Shown: positions 46,663 to 57,160, counted from the stretch's first letter. The stretch: DNA of 64,000 bases from Ignavibacteriota bacterium (GCA_963776895.1 CAVZOL010000009.1:394704-458703); one strand, 5' to 3'. Notes: generated by a model not told the origin, from the sequence alone. Made by a program: numbers and translations.

Positions 46663-48159
46663 ATGTTTAAATCAAAAGTCTTTCTAATTGTGATGCTCGT
46701 AAGCGTGGCCTTTGTGCCGGGCTTACGAAGCCAATTCCGGTACATAATCACGCACCCTGATACCGTCGGTCATTACACATACGCTTTTACAACCCTCGAT
46801 TGCTTCGGCGATGTATGCACTGCCGGTGGCATGAAGACAGATTTGAATTTATCGGTCCTCGATAGTGGAAAATACCGACTCATGTTTTTTCGAAGCACCG
46901 ATGGCGGAAATTCATGGGTCGAGCAAGATCCTAATATACCACCCATCGGTAATCATGCTTCTACGTATAATAGCTTGAGTGAAATAGATCGAGTGCGGCA
47001 AATCGACGCCCGCCATACTGCCGCTGTCGGAGAGCTTGACCACGGGGGCACATACTTCAGATTTATTTCGATTACTTCCGACGGTGGTGCAACATGGAAG
47101 AACGAATTCGACTCCACTTCCAAGGTGGAATTGTTGCCTCTGTTTGACATTGACTTTTCCGACACATTGACCGGAATCGCAACCGGGCCGGATCAAGCGA
47201 CCAGCATTCCGGTGGTACATTTATTCACGACTCACAACGGCGGTTCGTCATGGAATGAGGCCAGCATTATTCCATCTTACATCGATTCGACTCCGGCTTC
47301 TCGCTTCAGGATTCATTCCTATGGTGGAGAGGAGTTTGCTGCGTACCTAACTTACTATTCTGGAGCAGGAGTGGATTCTGTTGTATACCACACGTTGGAC
47401 GACTGGCAAACAGTCGATTCAACAAACCCCATATTCGGAGCTATCTCATACAACATGGGCGATACAATAGAGACCGATCTGGATTACACCGCATTCCGTG
47501 GCGAGGACACTATCGTGGCATTGGCGGGGATGTACATTAATCCTAACTCTGTACCAGTTCTGGGCCTTTTTCAAAGTCTGGATGCAGGAGCGAATTGGTC
47601 TCGGATAGATTTTCCGGATACCGTGCAAGGCTTAGAGACATCATTCACAATATCTCAACTGGATGGCAATTTAGTGTTTTTGGGCGGACTCCCTACTATT
47701 GGCCGGAGGATTTACGTAAGCATGGATCACGGAATGTCATGGGAATTGGATACACTAATTGCCGGCGATACTATTTTCCCCGCAAGCGAGATACCCCAGT
47801 TCCCTGTGATTGCTTCTGCGGAATCCGCTGAAGAAAACGGGGAGTTCGCCGTTGCAATTTTTACAGAACAAGGTGGTGCGCTTGCTCCTGACGGTTCTAG
47901 TTACCTCGCTCGAATAGAAAAAGTGACTTCAGGTATAAAGGAGTCGATCATTCCAGTTCAAGATGAAATGGTTTATCCCAATCCTTCTGAGAATACGCTC
48001 ACTCTCGATTTCCCCGCCGGAACGATTTCCATTCTCGATCCGCTTGGCCGCAGCTACACGGTTCCCAGGAATGGGAATACACTTGATATTTCCTCGCTGC
48101 CCTCTGGCGTGTATTTTGTTAGTGAAGGGAACACGGGGGCGAAGTTTGTGAAGGAATAG
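46663..48159 (+). CDS. Secreted BNR/Ycf48-like propeller protein with a T9SS CTD
   Basis: Signal peptide, S(T/S)DGG.(S/T)W repeats, and the C-terminus YPNPSENTLTLDF...SGVYFV. Confidence 0.75.
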   Translation: MFKSKVFLIVMLVSVAFVPGLRSQFRYIITHPDTVGHYTYAFTTLDCFGDVCTAGGMKTDLNLSVLDSGKYRLMFFRSTDGGNSWVEQDPNIPPIGNHASTYNSLSEIDRVRQIDARHTAAVGELDHGGTYFRFISITSDGGATWKNEFDSTSKVELLPLFDIDFSDTLTGIATGPDQATSIPVVHLFTTHNGGSSWNEASIIPSYIDSTPASRFRIHSYGGEEFAAYLTYYSGAGVDSVVYHTLDDWQTVDSTNPIFGAISYNMGDTIETDLDYTAFRGEDTIVALAGMYINPNSVPVLGLFQSLDAGANWSRIDFPDTVQGLETSFTISQLDGNLVFLGGLPTIGRRIYVSMDHGMSWELDTLIAGDTIFPASEIPQFPVIASAESAEENGEFAVAIFTEQGGALAPDGSSYLARIEKVTSGIKESIIPVQDEMVYPNPSENTLTLDFPAGTISILDPLGRSYTVPRNGNTLDISSLPSGVYFVSEGNTGAKFVKE

Positions 48160-48177
48160 CTATACATCGCATCCGTA

Positions 48178-50013
48178 ATGAAAAAAATAATTTTTGGCAT
48201 TTTGCTTCTCACGATGGTTCCAATAGGAGCTAAAGCCCAATGGCGCTCTCTACAGGCTTTTTACATCCCCTCGCAATTGAGCGACGGAGAAGACTCTGGA
48301 ATAATGATAAACGCGATTTATTTTCTCGACTTGCCGGGGCCTCCACGGATTGGTTTTGTTGGTCTTCAAGTTCCGGAAAGTGAGGATTCATGCTGTAATG
48401 GATCACAAGTTTGGAAAACGACAGATGGAGGATGGACATGGTATCAGGTAGGTACACTTAACGGAGGTGGCTGCATTGGCTTTGCATTTAAGGATAGCTT
48501 GACGGGCTGGTTCGCAGTGCAGACTCCAGCTACCGACAACGGTTCGGTGTTCAAAACAACCGATGGTGGTGACACATGGAATCTTCTGCTCGGAAGCCCT
48601 CCGCGGGGTGCGCCAAACAATTCTCTTTATTATCATAGTGGAACCGACCTCCTGTTTCTCGCAAGTGAGGAGGGAACAAATATTTCCTCCGATGAAGGAA
48701 GTACATGGCAAGGCGTTAATATCGCTTATCAGTGCTCTGGCTGGGCGTTTGTGGACGACTCGATCGGTATTATGTGTGGATGGAACAGTTCCACCCCGAA
48801 CTCCTATACAATAGATGGCGGTAAAACCTGGTCACAATCCGATAATGGAAGCGATTGCGTTCATCCATTGGCAATTCCGGGAAGCAAAACGTTTTTTACT
48901 CTGAAAGACACGTTACTTGGAATAGATACTACCGGAATTGATAGTCTTGGAAAAGTTCTATCCAGAAGCGACGATGGCGGTAAGACATGGAGAATGGTAT
49001 CCTTTATTCCAATTGGAGACACCACCCCCTATTCCCCCTTCGGTCTTTTGTTTGGCGATCTGAACCATATCTACACTCAGACCAGCGCAGGCGTATTGTT
49101 ATCAACAGATGAAGGCCTTACATGGCAAAATCTCTGCGGCCCCAAATTTCCGATAGATGAATGGGGTCAGGTTTTTGGGGGATTCTACCAAAATTCTCAT
49201 TACATTTATTGTACTGACGGGCATGAAATTTGGGATTCTACTAAGCTATGGTATCTCAATCTCGACTCGATGCAAGACAATTTCTCTTCGACCGTTTCAC
49301 TGCAATTCGCTGATAGTTCCCGGGTTATTGCGGTGGCCCCCGGTAGTAATGTCACCGTGAGTTTTCTTCCCATGATAGATTCAACTATTGGAGTTGATTC
49401 CGCTCATTTTGCCATTCATTATGATTCGGCTTCCTTAGCGCTTACCAATTTGATTATTCCTATAGGCTGGAGCATTCTTGATTCAAGTTCCAGTAACGGG
49501 ATTCTTAATGTCTTACTCACAGACACATCTTCCCAGACATTGCCTACGCCCGTTTTGCAGCTAACCTTTAAAACTTATCTCACATCATCTACCGCAAAAG
49601 TCTACCTCGATTCTGCAAATCTCTACGGTCAGCGCCAGAACTGCGATTGCGCTGCGCTCTCCACAGCCGGCCCGGATTCGGTTCAAATCAATTTCACCGG
49701 CTGCGAGGACTCCCTCATTCTCGCTGCGATGAATGATTCGCTGCCGTTTTATATCGAGAGCATTCAGCCCAATCCGGCGCAGGATGAGATCCAAATCCGC
49801 GTGGTGGCTGGCGACCCCGCCAGCCTTCTACAGGTACAGATGTACGATGCGCTGGGGCGGGAAGTGACCACCCCCCAGCCCCCTTCTTCTTTAGGAGGGG
49901 GAGTAGGAGGTACAGTTGTGCTCGATGTTTCTGGTGTGCCATCGGGCATCTATTTTATTCGGGTGTCGGCTGGCGGGTATGTGCAATCCCGGAGCGTGGT
50001 GATCCAAAAATAA
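48178..50013 (+). CDS. Secreted BNR-repeat protein with a cohesin-like module and a T9SS CTD (paralogue of 61059..62789)
   Basis: IYFLDLPGPPRIGF, QVWKTTDGGWTWY, and the CTD IQPNPAQDEIQI...GIYFIRVSAGGYVQSRS. Confidence 0.78.
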   Translation: MKKIIFGILLLTMVPIGAKAQWRSLQAFYIPSQLSDGEDSGIMINAIYFLDLPGPPRIGFVGLQVPESEDSCCNGSQVWKTTDGGWTWYQVGTLNGGGCIGFAFKDSLTGWFAVQTPATDNGSVFKTTDGGDTWNLLLGSPPRGAPNNSLYYHSGTDLLFLASEEGTNISSDEGSTWQGVNIAYQCSGWAFVDDSIGIMCGWNSSTPNSYTIDGGKTWSQSDNGSDCVHPLAIPGSKTFFTLKDTLLGIDTTGIDSLGKVLSRSDDGGKTWRMVSFIPIGDTTPYSPFGLLFGDLNHIYTQTSAGVLLSTDEGLTWQNLCGPKFPIDEWGQVFGGFYQNSHYIYCTDGHEIWDSTKLWYLNLDSMQDNFSSTVSLQFADSSRVIAVAPGSNVTVSFLPMIDSTIGVDSAHFAIHYDSASLALTNLIIPIGWSILDSSSSNGILNVLLTDTSSQTLPTPVLQLTFKTYLTSSTAKVYLDSANLYGQRQNCDCAALSTAGPDSVQINFTGCEDSLILAAMNDSLPFYIESIQPNPAQDEIQIRVVAGDPASLLQVQMYDALGREVTTPQPPSSLGGGVGGTVVLDVSGVPSGIYFIRVSAGGYVQSRSVVIQK

Positions 50014-50085
50014 CCACGATTCACAGGATTTTCAGGATTACGGAATGATGGCACCGCGATTCACAGGATTTTCTAGATTTTGGGG
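50014..50085. repeat. Two tandem GATT-rich elements: ccacgattcacaggattttcaggattacgg and ccgcgattcacaggattttctagattttgg
   Basis: Related copies lie at 62790-62820, 63047-63078 and 38506-38540, with a diverged reverse-strand relative at about 18815-18880. Confidence 0.7.
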
Positions 50086-50091
50086 AACTGT

Positions 50092-50255
50092 GGGTTTCGG
50101 AGCGAAAGAAGATGCATAAGTTCATGAAAAGTTTGGTGGAGTTCATGAACACTGTTCCAACACACCCACACAAAGCACCAATTTCCGAAAGACAACTGGC
50201 TAAAATGAGCTGAAAACGCCACAGTTCATGAAGCACAAATGCGTTTTTTCAAAAG
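50092..50255 (+). repeat. TTCATGAA-box element, copy 1
   Basis: TTCATGAA occurs at 50121, 50142 and 50225. The core 50118-50249 is about 90 percent identical to 62915-63045. Confidence 0.85.
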
Positions 50256-50312
50256 TCCTGTTCAAATAGAAAGCATTGTAGCAATTCCCACGAAAAAAAA
50301 TCTTTGGCTTCA

Positions 50313-50340
50313 TTGTGACCTTTTGCCTGTTTGCCGTGTC
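50313..50340 (+). promoter_or_regulatory. Conserved 28-nt upstream motif (copy 3)
   Basis: ttgtgaccttttgcctgtttgccgtgtc, 39 nt before the ATG at 50379. It matches copy 1 at 20 of 28 positions, including the full ccgtgtc. Confidence 0.3.
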
Positions 50341-50378
50341 GATGTTCCGTAGAGATTCATGTTAACATTCAAAAACCA

Positions 50379-53138
50379 ATGGCTACCATTTACAATAGAA
50401 CTCGTGTAAAATTCAGAATGGGCTTGATGCTTGCAGCGTTGCTACTGTTTGCATCTATCGGAAATGCACAGGTCAATATGACCTGGAAGGCGATCGGCAA
50501 TCTGCCGACAGCGATGCGTTGCGCGTATTTTTTCGATACGGCACATGGGGTCGTGGGTGGTGTCGGCGCGATATGGGTCTATAAAAACGGCTATTGGTCG
50601 AGTCCCTCCTCAATTCCCGGAGGTACGGTTTCCTATTTTACATCGGTCAATGAGCTTAAGCCCGGCGTGCTGTATGCAACTTCGGGCGATACGGATGTCT
50701 GGGTTTCGAACGACAGCGGTAATACCTGGCAAAATACTTCGACTGCAGGCGCATTTGCAAAATCTGCGTATTTCACCAAGGACGGCGTGCTGCATTCTAC
50801 GCTCCAGGGAACGTTCGCAAGGTTGGATTCCAACATTTGCATCTTAACAAATGTGAATGGAGCGGCTCCTTCCTACTCCACCGATGGCGGAGAGACGTGG
50901 ACGAAGTCCTCGACCAACCACACCATAGGCGGCCTCGGCGCGTATGCCGATACGTGCCGTAAAATGTTTTTTGCAGCCAGTACTGCAAGCAGCGATACCA
51001 CAACCTATTACTCCTTAGACAGCGGGCGGACGTGGAACCCGTGCGGCCCAAAATTCTACGAAGATATTTTGAACGGCGCCGATGGATCGGTGTATCATCA
51101 GGATACCTCCGGGGTGTGGTGTTCGGTGGATGCGGGTACGAGCTGGCAGCTTTTGGGTGGGCCTAAAGCGATCACCGGCGATTATAGCATCTGTGGATTT
51201 GGCGCGTTAGGACAGTGGATCGTTGCAATGACGAGCGGGGAAGTTTGGCTCTACTCCGCCGTGAATACCTTGATCCCAGCAGATCCTATCACCCGAGGAG
51301 ATACCGATGAAAATTGCCCGATCACAAGAATTCCCGTGATCGTGCGGCCTTTCACGCGCCCCTATACCATCACCATGACGATGAGCACTTACGGGCCGCA
51401 ATCACTTAGTCCGAGAGACACAACTTTTACAATTATACCGGGGGTTCCTGTGACGGTATGGTACACGGTCTCTCCAACCATCGCCGGAACACCGACGCTT
51501 GGAGATCTCTATACGCAGGCGAGCGATGGATGCCGAACATTCGCATGGACCGATACTTTCACGATCGTGACTGTACCGCTTCCGATTGCTACACCGGACG
51601 TGGAAATGCAGAATTGTAATATCACAAAAATTCCACTCGATATTTATTCCAAAAATCTGCTGAGGATGTACGTGGCCATTTCTGCCGACAGCGGATGGTC
51701 GGTGCTTCCGGCCGATACTTCGATCAATCTTGCCGCCGGCGTGCAGGGTACACTCACGCTCACGCCCTCGGCGCCCAGCCTGCCGATCGGAACGCTTATC
51801 CATCTTCAAGCGTGGGACACCGTTGCCTGTACGATCTATAAATGGGACACCGTATTTACAATCAGCGTAGTTCCCGTACCGGTCGCGTGGAAGTGGATCG
51901 ATTCCGTTGCCATCAACGCATGCGATTCCGTGAGGATCCCAATTTCCTTCGGACTCGCCGAATGCGACTCGGTTTCCGTGGATTCTCTGGCGATCACTCC
52001 GTCGGACGGCCTGCTCACGTTCGAAAGCAGCGCCGGCCTTCCGCTCGCTCGCGGGAAAACAGATACGCTATGGCTTACCTACGCGCCACATGGCAGAAAT
52101 AGTAATACGAAGTATAGTGTGAATATTTTGAGCCATTTCGTTCCAGAGGACATTCCACTCAATACGACGCTTTCCGTTCATGGAATCTCGACGGGTTCAC
52201 CGGGGCCGCGTGCATCGGCGCCAAATACTATTACACTCACCGCCTGTGATCCAACCCCGTTTGCCGTAATGGTCAAAGCTACGGGGTGCGAAGAAATCCG
52301 CATCGATTCCATGCAGTTCAGCGCACCGGGAATTATCGTGACCGGTGGTCCAACCACGGCCGATACCGTCCTCGGAGACAGGATTGATACCCTGCATTAC
52401 ACGATAGAAGCTCTGTCAGAGGGTAATCGCGACCTCGACATCTACTTCTATCTCTATCGCTTGGCAAATCAGGTTCCATTCGATACGGCTTTCCCGATTT
52501 CACTGAATGTTTCCGGTGCTGCATCGCAGCCGCTCATCTCCACAGAGCCAAAGTTCGATCTATCCAATTGCACCACATCGATCGTTCCCTTCGTACTGAA
52601 TGCTCCTTGCGACAGCATGACCGTCAACTCCTGCAACTTCACGGTCCCGAATGGCCTGAACTATACTTCGAATCTTACCTTCCCGCTGAAGCTCGGTGCG
52701 GAAACCTCCGATTCGCTTCTGCTTTCGTTTGCACCCCAAGGCCTGAATCAAACGGCGACGATCCTTGCGGAGATCAAAGGCACGTACGGCGGAACGACCA
52801 CCCCATTCGACACGACGGCTCAAACACAAGTTACATTTGCTTGCGCCAATAGTGTTAGTCAAGAAGGTTCCGTAGGATCGACGCTTGCGCTTGCAGGATT
52901 ACAGGTAACTTCGGATCAACTGCAATTCGGTATCACAAAAAATGACGAGAACATCACCGGATGTCAGGCCGAGATCCTTTCGATTCTCGGCGATATTGTG
53001 GCACAGCAAACATTCCCGCTGCCTTCAACGCAAAATTCGTTATCGTGGGATCTGAATGCGCTGCCATCCGGCGAGTATTATCTTCGGATCGCGAGCGGAG
53101 ACGATCGTATCACCGGGCGCTTCGTGCTGATCAAGTAA
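50379..53138 (+). CDS. Large secreted protein, paralogue of 41866..46429: an N-terminal propeller-like domain, Cys-paired beta-sandwich repeats and a T9SS CTD
   Basis: The start is trimmed to the ATG at 50379. It has a signal peptide and CAYFFDTAHGVVGG shared with 41866. The C-terminus is ...LPSGEYYLRIASG. Confidence 0.78.
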   Translation: MATIYNRTRVKFRMGLMLAALLLFASIGNAQVNMTWKAIGNLPTAMRCAYFFDTAHGVVGGVGAIWVYKNGYWSSPSSIPGGTVSYFTSVNELKPGVLYATSGDTDVWVSNDSGNTWQNTSTAGAFAKSAYFTKDGVLHSTLQGTFARLDSNICILTNVNGAAPSYSTDGGETWTKSSTNHTIGGLGAYADTCRKMFFAASTASSDTTTYYSLDSGRTWNPCGPKFYEDILNGADGSVYHQDTSGVWCSVDAGTSWQLLGGPKAITGDYSICGFGALGQWIVAMTSGEVWLYSAVNTLIPADPITRGDTDENCPITRIPVIVRPFTRPYTITMTMSTYGPQSLSPRDTTFTIIPGVPVTVWYTVSPTIAGTPTLGDLYTQASDGCRTFAWTDTFTIVTVPLPIATPDVEMQNCNITKIPLDIYSKNLLRMYVAISADSGWSVLPADTSINLAAGVQGTLTLTPSAPSLPIGTLIHLQAWDTVACTIYKWDTVFTISVVPVPVAWKWIDSVAINACDSVRIPISFGLAECDSVSVDSLAITPSDGLLTFESSAGLPLARGKTDTLWLTYAPHGRNSNTKYSVNILSHFVPEDIPLNTTLSVHGISTGSPGPRASAPNTITLTACDPTPFAVMVKATGCEEIRIDSMQFSAPGIIVTGGPTTADTVLGDRIDTLHYTIEALSEGNRDLDIYFYLYRLANQVPFDTAFPISLNVSGAASQPLISTEPKFDLSNCTTSIVPFVLNAPCDSMTVNSCNFTVPNGLNYTSNLTFPLKLGAETSDSLLLSFAPQGLNQTATILAEIKGTYGGTTTPFDTTAQTQVTFACANSVSQEGSVGSTLALAGLQVTSDQLQFGITKNDENITGCQAEILSILGDIVAQQTFPLPSTQNSLSWDLNALPSGEYYLRIASGDDRITGRFVLIK

Positions 53139-53143
53139 TGAGA

Positions 53144-53169
53144 AAAACCCCGGTTTTGGCCGGGGTTTT
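53144..53169. terminator. Bidirectional terminator between convergent genes
   Basis: aaaaccccgg-ttttgg-ccggggtttt, a 10-bp stem flanked by an A run and a T run. Confidence 0.7.
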
Positions 53170-53193
53170 GGAGCTAACACGATCTGAAAAAGA

Positions 53194-55359
53194 TTATCGA
53201 GCAATGATGACCCGTTGAACTTTCACTGCACCATCGGCGGTGAGCATGAGATAATAGACTCCATCGACAAGGCCACGATCGTCGATACCAAGCTGATAGG
53301 AACCTGCTTCATACTGATTGTCGGTTAGAAGTTGAACTTGTTCACCCAGGACATTGAGCAATTCAATTCGTACTTGCGAGGCTTCTGGAATGCTAAAGCT
53401 GAAACTTCCGGAACTTTGCAATGGATTCGGATACACCTGGCCTAACACAAGACTTGCTGATGGGGCAGGCTGCCCCACACTGGCACCTCCAATAGAATTA
53501 TAGGTTTGTGTGGAACGAAACACACCTGCTCCATCGGTACCAAGATAGACTGTACCATTGGGATCCCGGGTAATGCTGAGCACGCTGATAGTGCCGAGAC
53601 CCGCATTGGCATTCACCCACGCACCACCACCAGCCGGTAAATAATACACGCCCGTCGTGGTTCCGGCAAACACATGACCGCTCGGCGTGCTGAACATGGC
53701 GTTCACCGTGCCACTCAGTCCTGTTCCGATGGGACTCCATGTCTGACCATCGTCTTTAGACCAAAAAATTCCTTTATCATGCACAGCCGCGAGCAGATCG
53801 CCCGCCGTATTGATTGTAAGAGAAATAATTCCGGATGTATCCGGTGGAACGAACGGCAAAGCTTCCCAATTGATCGCAAGATCGGTGGAATGATAGATCG
53901 TAGTGGAAGTACCCGCGAAAAGTTCTCCGCTCGGCGACACCGCGAGCGATTGTATTTCCTGATCCGTGATACCATCGTTAAGCTGATCCCACGTATTACC
54001 TTTATCCGTCGAGCGAAATACTCCTTCGCCACAGCCCATGTAAATGTTACCGGAGTGATCAACGACGATGGAAGTAATGGGTGTGGTTGTAAGCGGTGAG
54101 CCTAATTCAGACCAGGTAGCACCTTTATCGGTGCTCGCCATTACCCCGATCATGCCAGCAATTATATCGGGCGCAATATCCCCAGCAAGCAACCGCTTGT
54201 CCGAATCCGCTGCAAGAGGTGCAATATAGTCAGAGCCGGAAATTCCTAACCACGTTGTCCCACTATCGATTGAGGAATATAGCAGAATGTCAGGGGCAGA
54301 AATTGAATGAGTCCCGCCTCCTGTCGGGAATCCGGCGCTTGCAATAGTACTGCCTGGGTCCGTTGCAACCAGGAACTTGACACCAGCCGTCGGAAGTGAA
54401 ACATTTGAGAACGTGGACTGCGAACTTGGGTTAACCTTGAACAGAGTCGGCCCGACCGCAAGCCATACCTCACCATTCGGAGCACTACCAAGCGCAGAGA
54501 CGGAACCATTGGTGTTCATTGAGAGAGTGAATAAGCCATTCGAAATTGACTTATTGAGAACTCCGTTCGGAGTGAAAAGAACGATGCCCTGTGTCCCGGA
54601 TGCAGCTATTACAGGACCGTTCTTTGTGTACGTCATCAATATTTCAATGTCTGCCCCAAACGCAGCCTGTGTCCAAGTACGGCCATCATCGGTTGATACG
54701 ACATTCCCCCCTCCATTGCTCTCTCCGAACATATTCCCACCCGGACCGCCTGCCATTAAAGACACTCCTCCATCAACCCCATTGACAATTTTTGTCCAGC
54801 TCTCCCCTTGATCCGTAGATCGATAATCGTCGCCGATATAGCTACCGGATATAAAGAGTGTTGAGGTGTAATACGAATTAAGCAATCCATTTCCAACAAG
54901 TGGCGAGGCCGGGAGTGTATCCCACGTTGCGCCCTCATCGCTGCTTCTAAACAAGTTAGTACTTAAGACGTTAGTACTTAAGACGAAAATGTCACCGGTA
55001 ATGGTCCCGGTAGCGAGATAGTAAATTCCGCTCTGATAAGAAGAGAGGATCGAAGTCCAGCTCACACCGTTATCTTTCGAAATTCGGATGGAACTATCGA
55101 ACGTCCCGAGCAGATCCCCATTCGGCAGCGTCGAAAGGGTGATAGGAACTTGCGGCAAGACCTGCCACGTTGCTCCATCGTTGCTGGAACGATAGAGATT
55201 ATCGGCAATGACATAGACGTTCCCGGAGCTATCGAAGTTAATAGCTGAGATCCACCGACCCGAAGGGCCGTTGGTCTGCACCCATAACGGGGATTGGGCA
55301 TAGGAATTTATACTTAGGCAAAACAGCAATGCAATGGCAAACAGTAGTGCATTTTTCAT
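53194..55359 (-). CDS. Secreted BNR/Sortilin-type propeller protein with a T9SS CTD
   Basis: The start is trimmed to the ATG at 55359. It has a signal peptide and many (S/T)DxGxTW repeats. The C-terminus is YPNPLQSSGSFSF...GVYYLML. Confidence 0.8.
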   Translation of the reverse strand: MKNALLFAIALLFCLSINSYAQSPLWVQTNGPSGRWISAINFDSSGNVYVIADNLYRSSNDGATWQVLPQVPITLSTLPNGDLLGTFDSSIRISKDNGVSWTSILSSYQSGIYYLATGTITGDIFVLSTNVLSTNLFRSSDEGATWDTLPASPLVGNGLLNSYYTSTLFISGSYIGDDYRSTDQGESWTKIVNGVDGGVSLMAGGPGGNMFGESNGGGNVVSTDDGRTWTQAAFGADIEILMTYTKNGPVIAASGTQGIVLFTPNGVLNKSISNGLFTLSMNTNGSVSALGSAPNGEVWLAVGPTLFKVNPSSQSTFSNVSLPTAGVKFLVATDPGSTIASAGFPTGGGTHSISAPDILLYSSIDSGTTWLGISGSDYIAPLAADSDKRLLAGDIAPDIIAGMIGVMASTDKGATWSELGSPLTTTPITSIVVDHSGNIYMGCGEGVFRSTDKGNTWDQLNDGITDQEIQSLAVSPSGELFAGTSTTIYHSTDLAINWEALPFVPPDTSGIISLTINTAGDLLAAVHDKGIFWSKDDGQTWSPIGTGLSGTVNAMFSTPSGHVFAGTTTGVYYLPAGGGAWVNANAGLGTISVLSITRDPNGTVYLGTDGAGVFRSTQTYNSIGGASVGQPAPSASLVLGQVYPNPLQSSGSFSFSIPEASQVRIELLNVLGEQVQLLTDNQYEAGSYQLGIDDRGLVDGVYYLMLTADGAVKVQRVIIAR

Positions 55360-55468
55360 GACATTTGATCGATTTAGTTGGCAAAACTGACAGAAACTTT
55401 CCACAATATAATACATTTGGGAGCGATTTCCAAATCTTCGCCCGAAATTGGCCCTCCGGATGCAAATT

Positions 55469-56839
55469 TCAAGGGAATGTTAGCATTCTCAGGGCAGGAG
55501 CAACGCCGGGCATGGTAACTTCGAGCGCGTAGGCTCCGGAAAGAAACGCGCTCGTTTCCATCGTAAAACTATGCGACCCATTCGCTGTAGGCAGATTTCG
55601 CTGGACCACTCGGCCAAGTATATCATAGATGGTTGCGCTCAGGATCTGCTGTGGCGCTTCCACTTCAAGAAAGCCCTGCCACTTCGTAACCACCAACGCA
55701 GAATTAGGTGACGCATCATTTTCCGCGACGGAACTGGTAACGGTATCGGCAATATAAATTCCAGAGTCCGTTGCAACAGCGATCCTTCCGGAAGTCGTAT
55801 CGTACTTCAGTACCCATACCAAGTGAATATTCGTATCGGGAATTGAAATGGGTGGGAAGTTTGTCGAATGCCAGGTCGCACCGGCATCGGTCGTTTCTTG
55901 CACCATCCCGTTCGGAATGGTATCGGGCCTGACCGCAAATAATCCAATAAAAAAATGAAGCGGCAGCGGGTAAGCCGCATCGCCAGACTGTGAGATCATG
56001 GAAGCACGCTGATCGATATCGAGCGCCCACGGATATGCTGATGGCGCATTCAGTGCCTTCCAATCCAAGCCGCCATTCGTCGTAGCGACAAGCGAACGGT
56101 AGGTCGAGAGCCACCGAATGGCAAGTGCAACATCATACCGTCCCGTCGAAGTGTCCTGAGCATATTCGGAAAAAACGACCTTCGGAACTTCTGTTTCGTT
56201 ACGTACAGTATCGGAACGAAGCGTAACGCTCCAATGGAAACCATCGTCCGTCGTAACAGCAAGAAATCCAGAATCGGTGGAACCTTGAATGATCGTCGGG
56301 ATCGTATCTCGCGACACATCGAGCGAACATAATCCGAGCGAGTCGGCATTGGCAAAACCTGTTTTATACCAGGTTGCGCCATGATCGCCGGATTTCCAGA
56401 GCGCCTCTCCAAAATTTTGTCCGTAATATAACGTATCGCCGATCTCATGCCATGCAATCACTTCCCCATCGATCCCGCCAAGACTATCCACCATGTACCA
56501 CGAAGTTCCTCCATTCGTCGAGCGGAAAAGCTGATTCGGTGTTACGGCGAGAACGACGCTTGTATCGCTCGGAACGCAAAAAACCTGATGCACAAACGTG
56601 AGTGGGATCGTAAGACCGGGAGTGTTGTGGAGCGTCCAGGTATAACCCCCGTCGTCGGAACGATAGATACCGCTGGTTCCATAACCTGGCCCGGCATACA
56701 ATATCTGGCCGTTCGATAACGGATTGAACGCCACCGAGTTGCAGGGAACAGGAAGCGCGTGCCGCCACTGGTATTGCTGACCAAACGAGACGCTGGAAAG
56801 CGCGGCCAAAAGGGAAAAAGAAAGCAAAACGCGAGGCAT
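55469..56839 (-). CDS. Secreted BNR-type propeller protein with a T9SS CTD
   Basis: Signal peptide, S.DGG.TW and STNGGTSW repeats, and a CTD-like C-terminus. Confidence 0.75.
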   Translation of the reverse strand: MPRVLLSFSLLAALSSVSFGQQYQWRHALPVPCNSVAFNPLSNGQILYAGPGYGTSGIYRSDDGGYTWTLHNTPGLTIPLTFVHQVFCVPSDTSVVLAVTPNQLFRSTNGGTSWYMVDSLGGIDGEVIAWHEIGDTLYYGQNFGEALWKSGDHGATWYKTGFANADSLGLCSLDVSRDTIPTIIQGSTDSGFLAVTTDDGFHWSVTLRSDTVRNETEVPKVVFSEYAQDTSTGRYDVALAIRWLSTYRSLVATTNGGLDWKALNAPSAYPWALDIDQRASMISQSGDAAYPLPLHFFIGLFAVRPDTIPNGMVQETTDAGATWHSTNFPPISIPDTNIHLVWVLKYDTTSGRIAVATDSGIYIADTVTSSVAENDASPNSALVVTKWQGFLEVEAPQQILSATIYDILGRVVQRNLPTANGSHSFTMETSAFLSGAYALEVTMPGVAPALRMLTFP

Positions 56840-56977
56840 TAATCCTTTCAGAGTTTAAGTTAATCAATATGACACTGCCTCCGAGAAATAGGTGCCGTTT
56901 TTGTGTGTGTACATTTAAATTTCATAATCACCCTCGATTCCGAGCCAATTAGACCGATTTGTCTTTATGCCAACGGT

Positions 56978-57066
56978 GCTTTTTTGCAAACAGCATTTGT
57001 GCTTCATGAACTCATATCCTACTTTTCATGAATTTATGCATTTTCTTTCATTCCGAAACGCATGGT
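56978..57066 (-). repeat. TTCATGAA-box element, copy 3 (reverse orientation, internally deleted)
   Basis: Its reverse complement reads gcgtttcggaatgaaagaaaatgcataaattcatgaaaag...gagttcatgaagcacaaatgc. The boxes lie at 57003-57010 and 57025-57032. Confidence 0.8.
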
Positions 57067-57160
57067 TCCCTCATTTTTCATATTTGCCCAAGAGGTGCCT
57101 TTCATCACATTCCCAATATACAACATCTAAATCCCATAAGCAAGGAAATCCAAAATTATT

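Noticed and set aside
50021-50236. A small ORF (71 aa) on the TTCATGAA element, with look-alikes at 62798..62992 and 57028..57330, considered as a conserved micro-protein.
   Set aside because: The similarity (MNLCIFF.SETH) follows nucleotide identity only. The ORFs differ in length and frame outside that patch, and the third overlaps the XRE gene.
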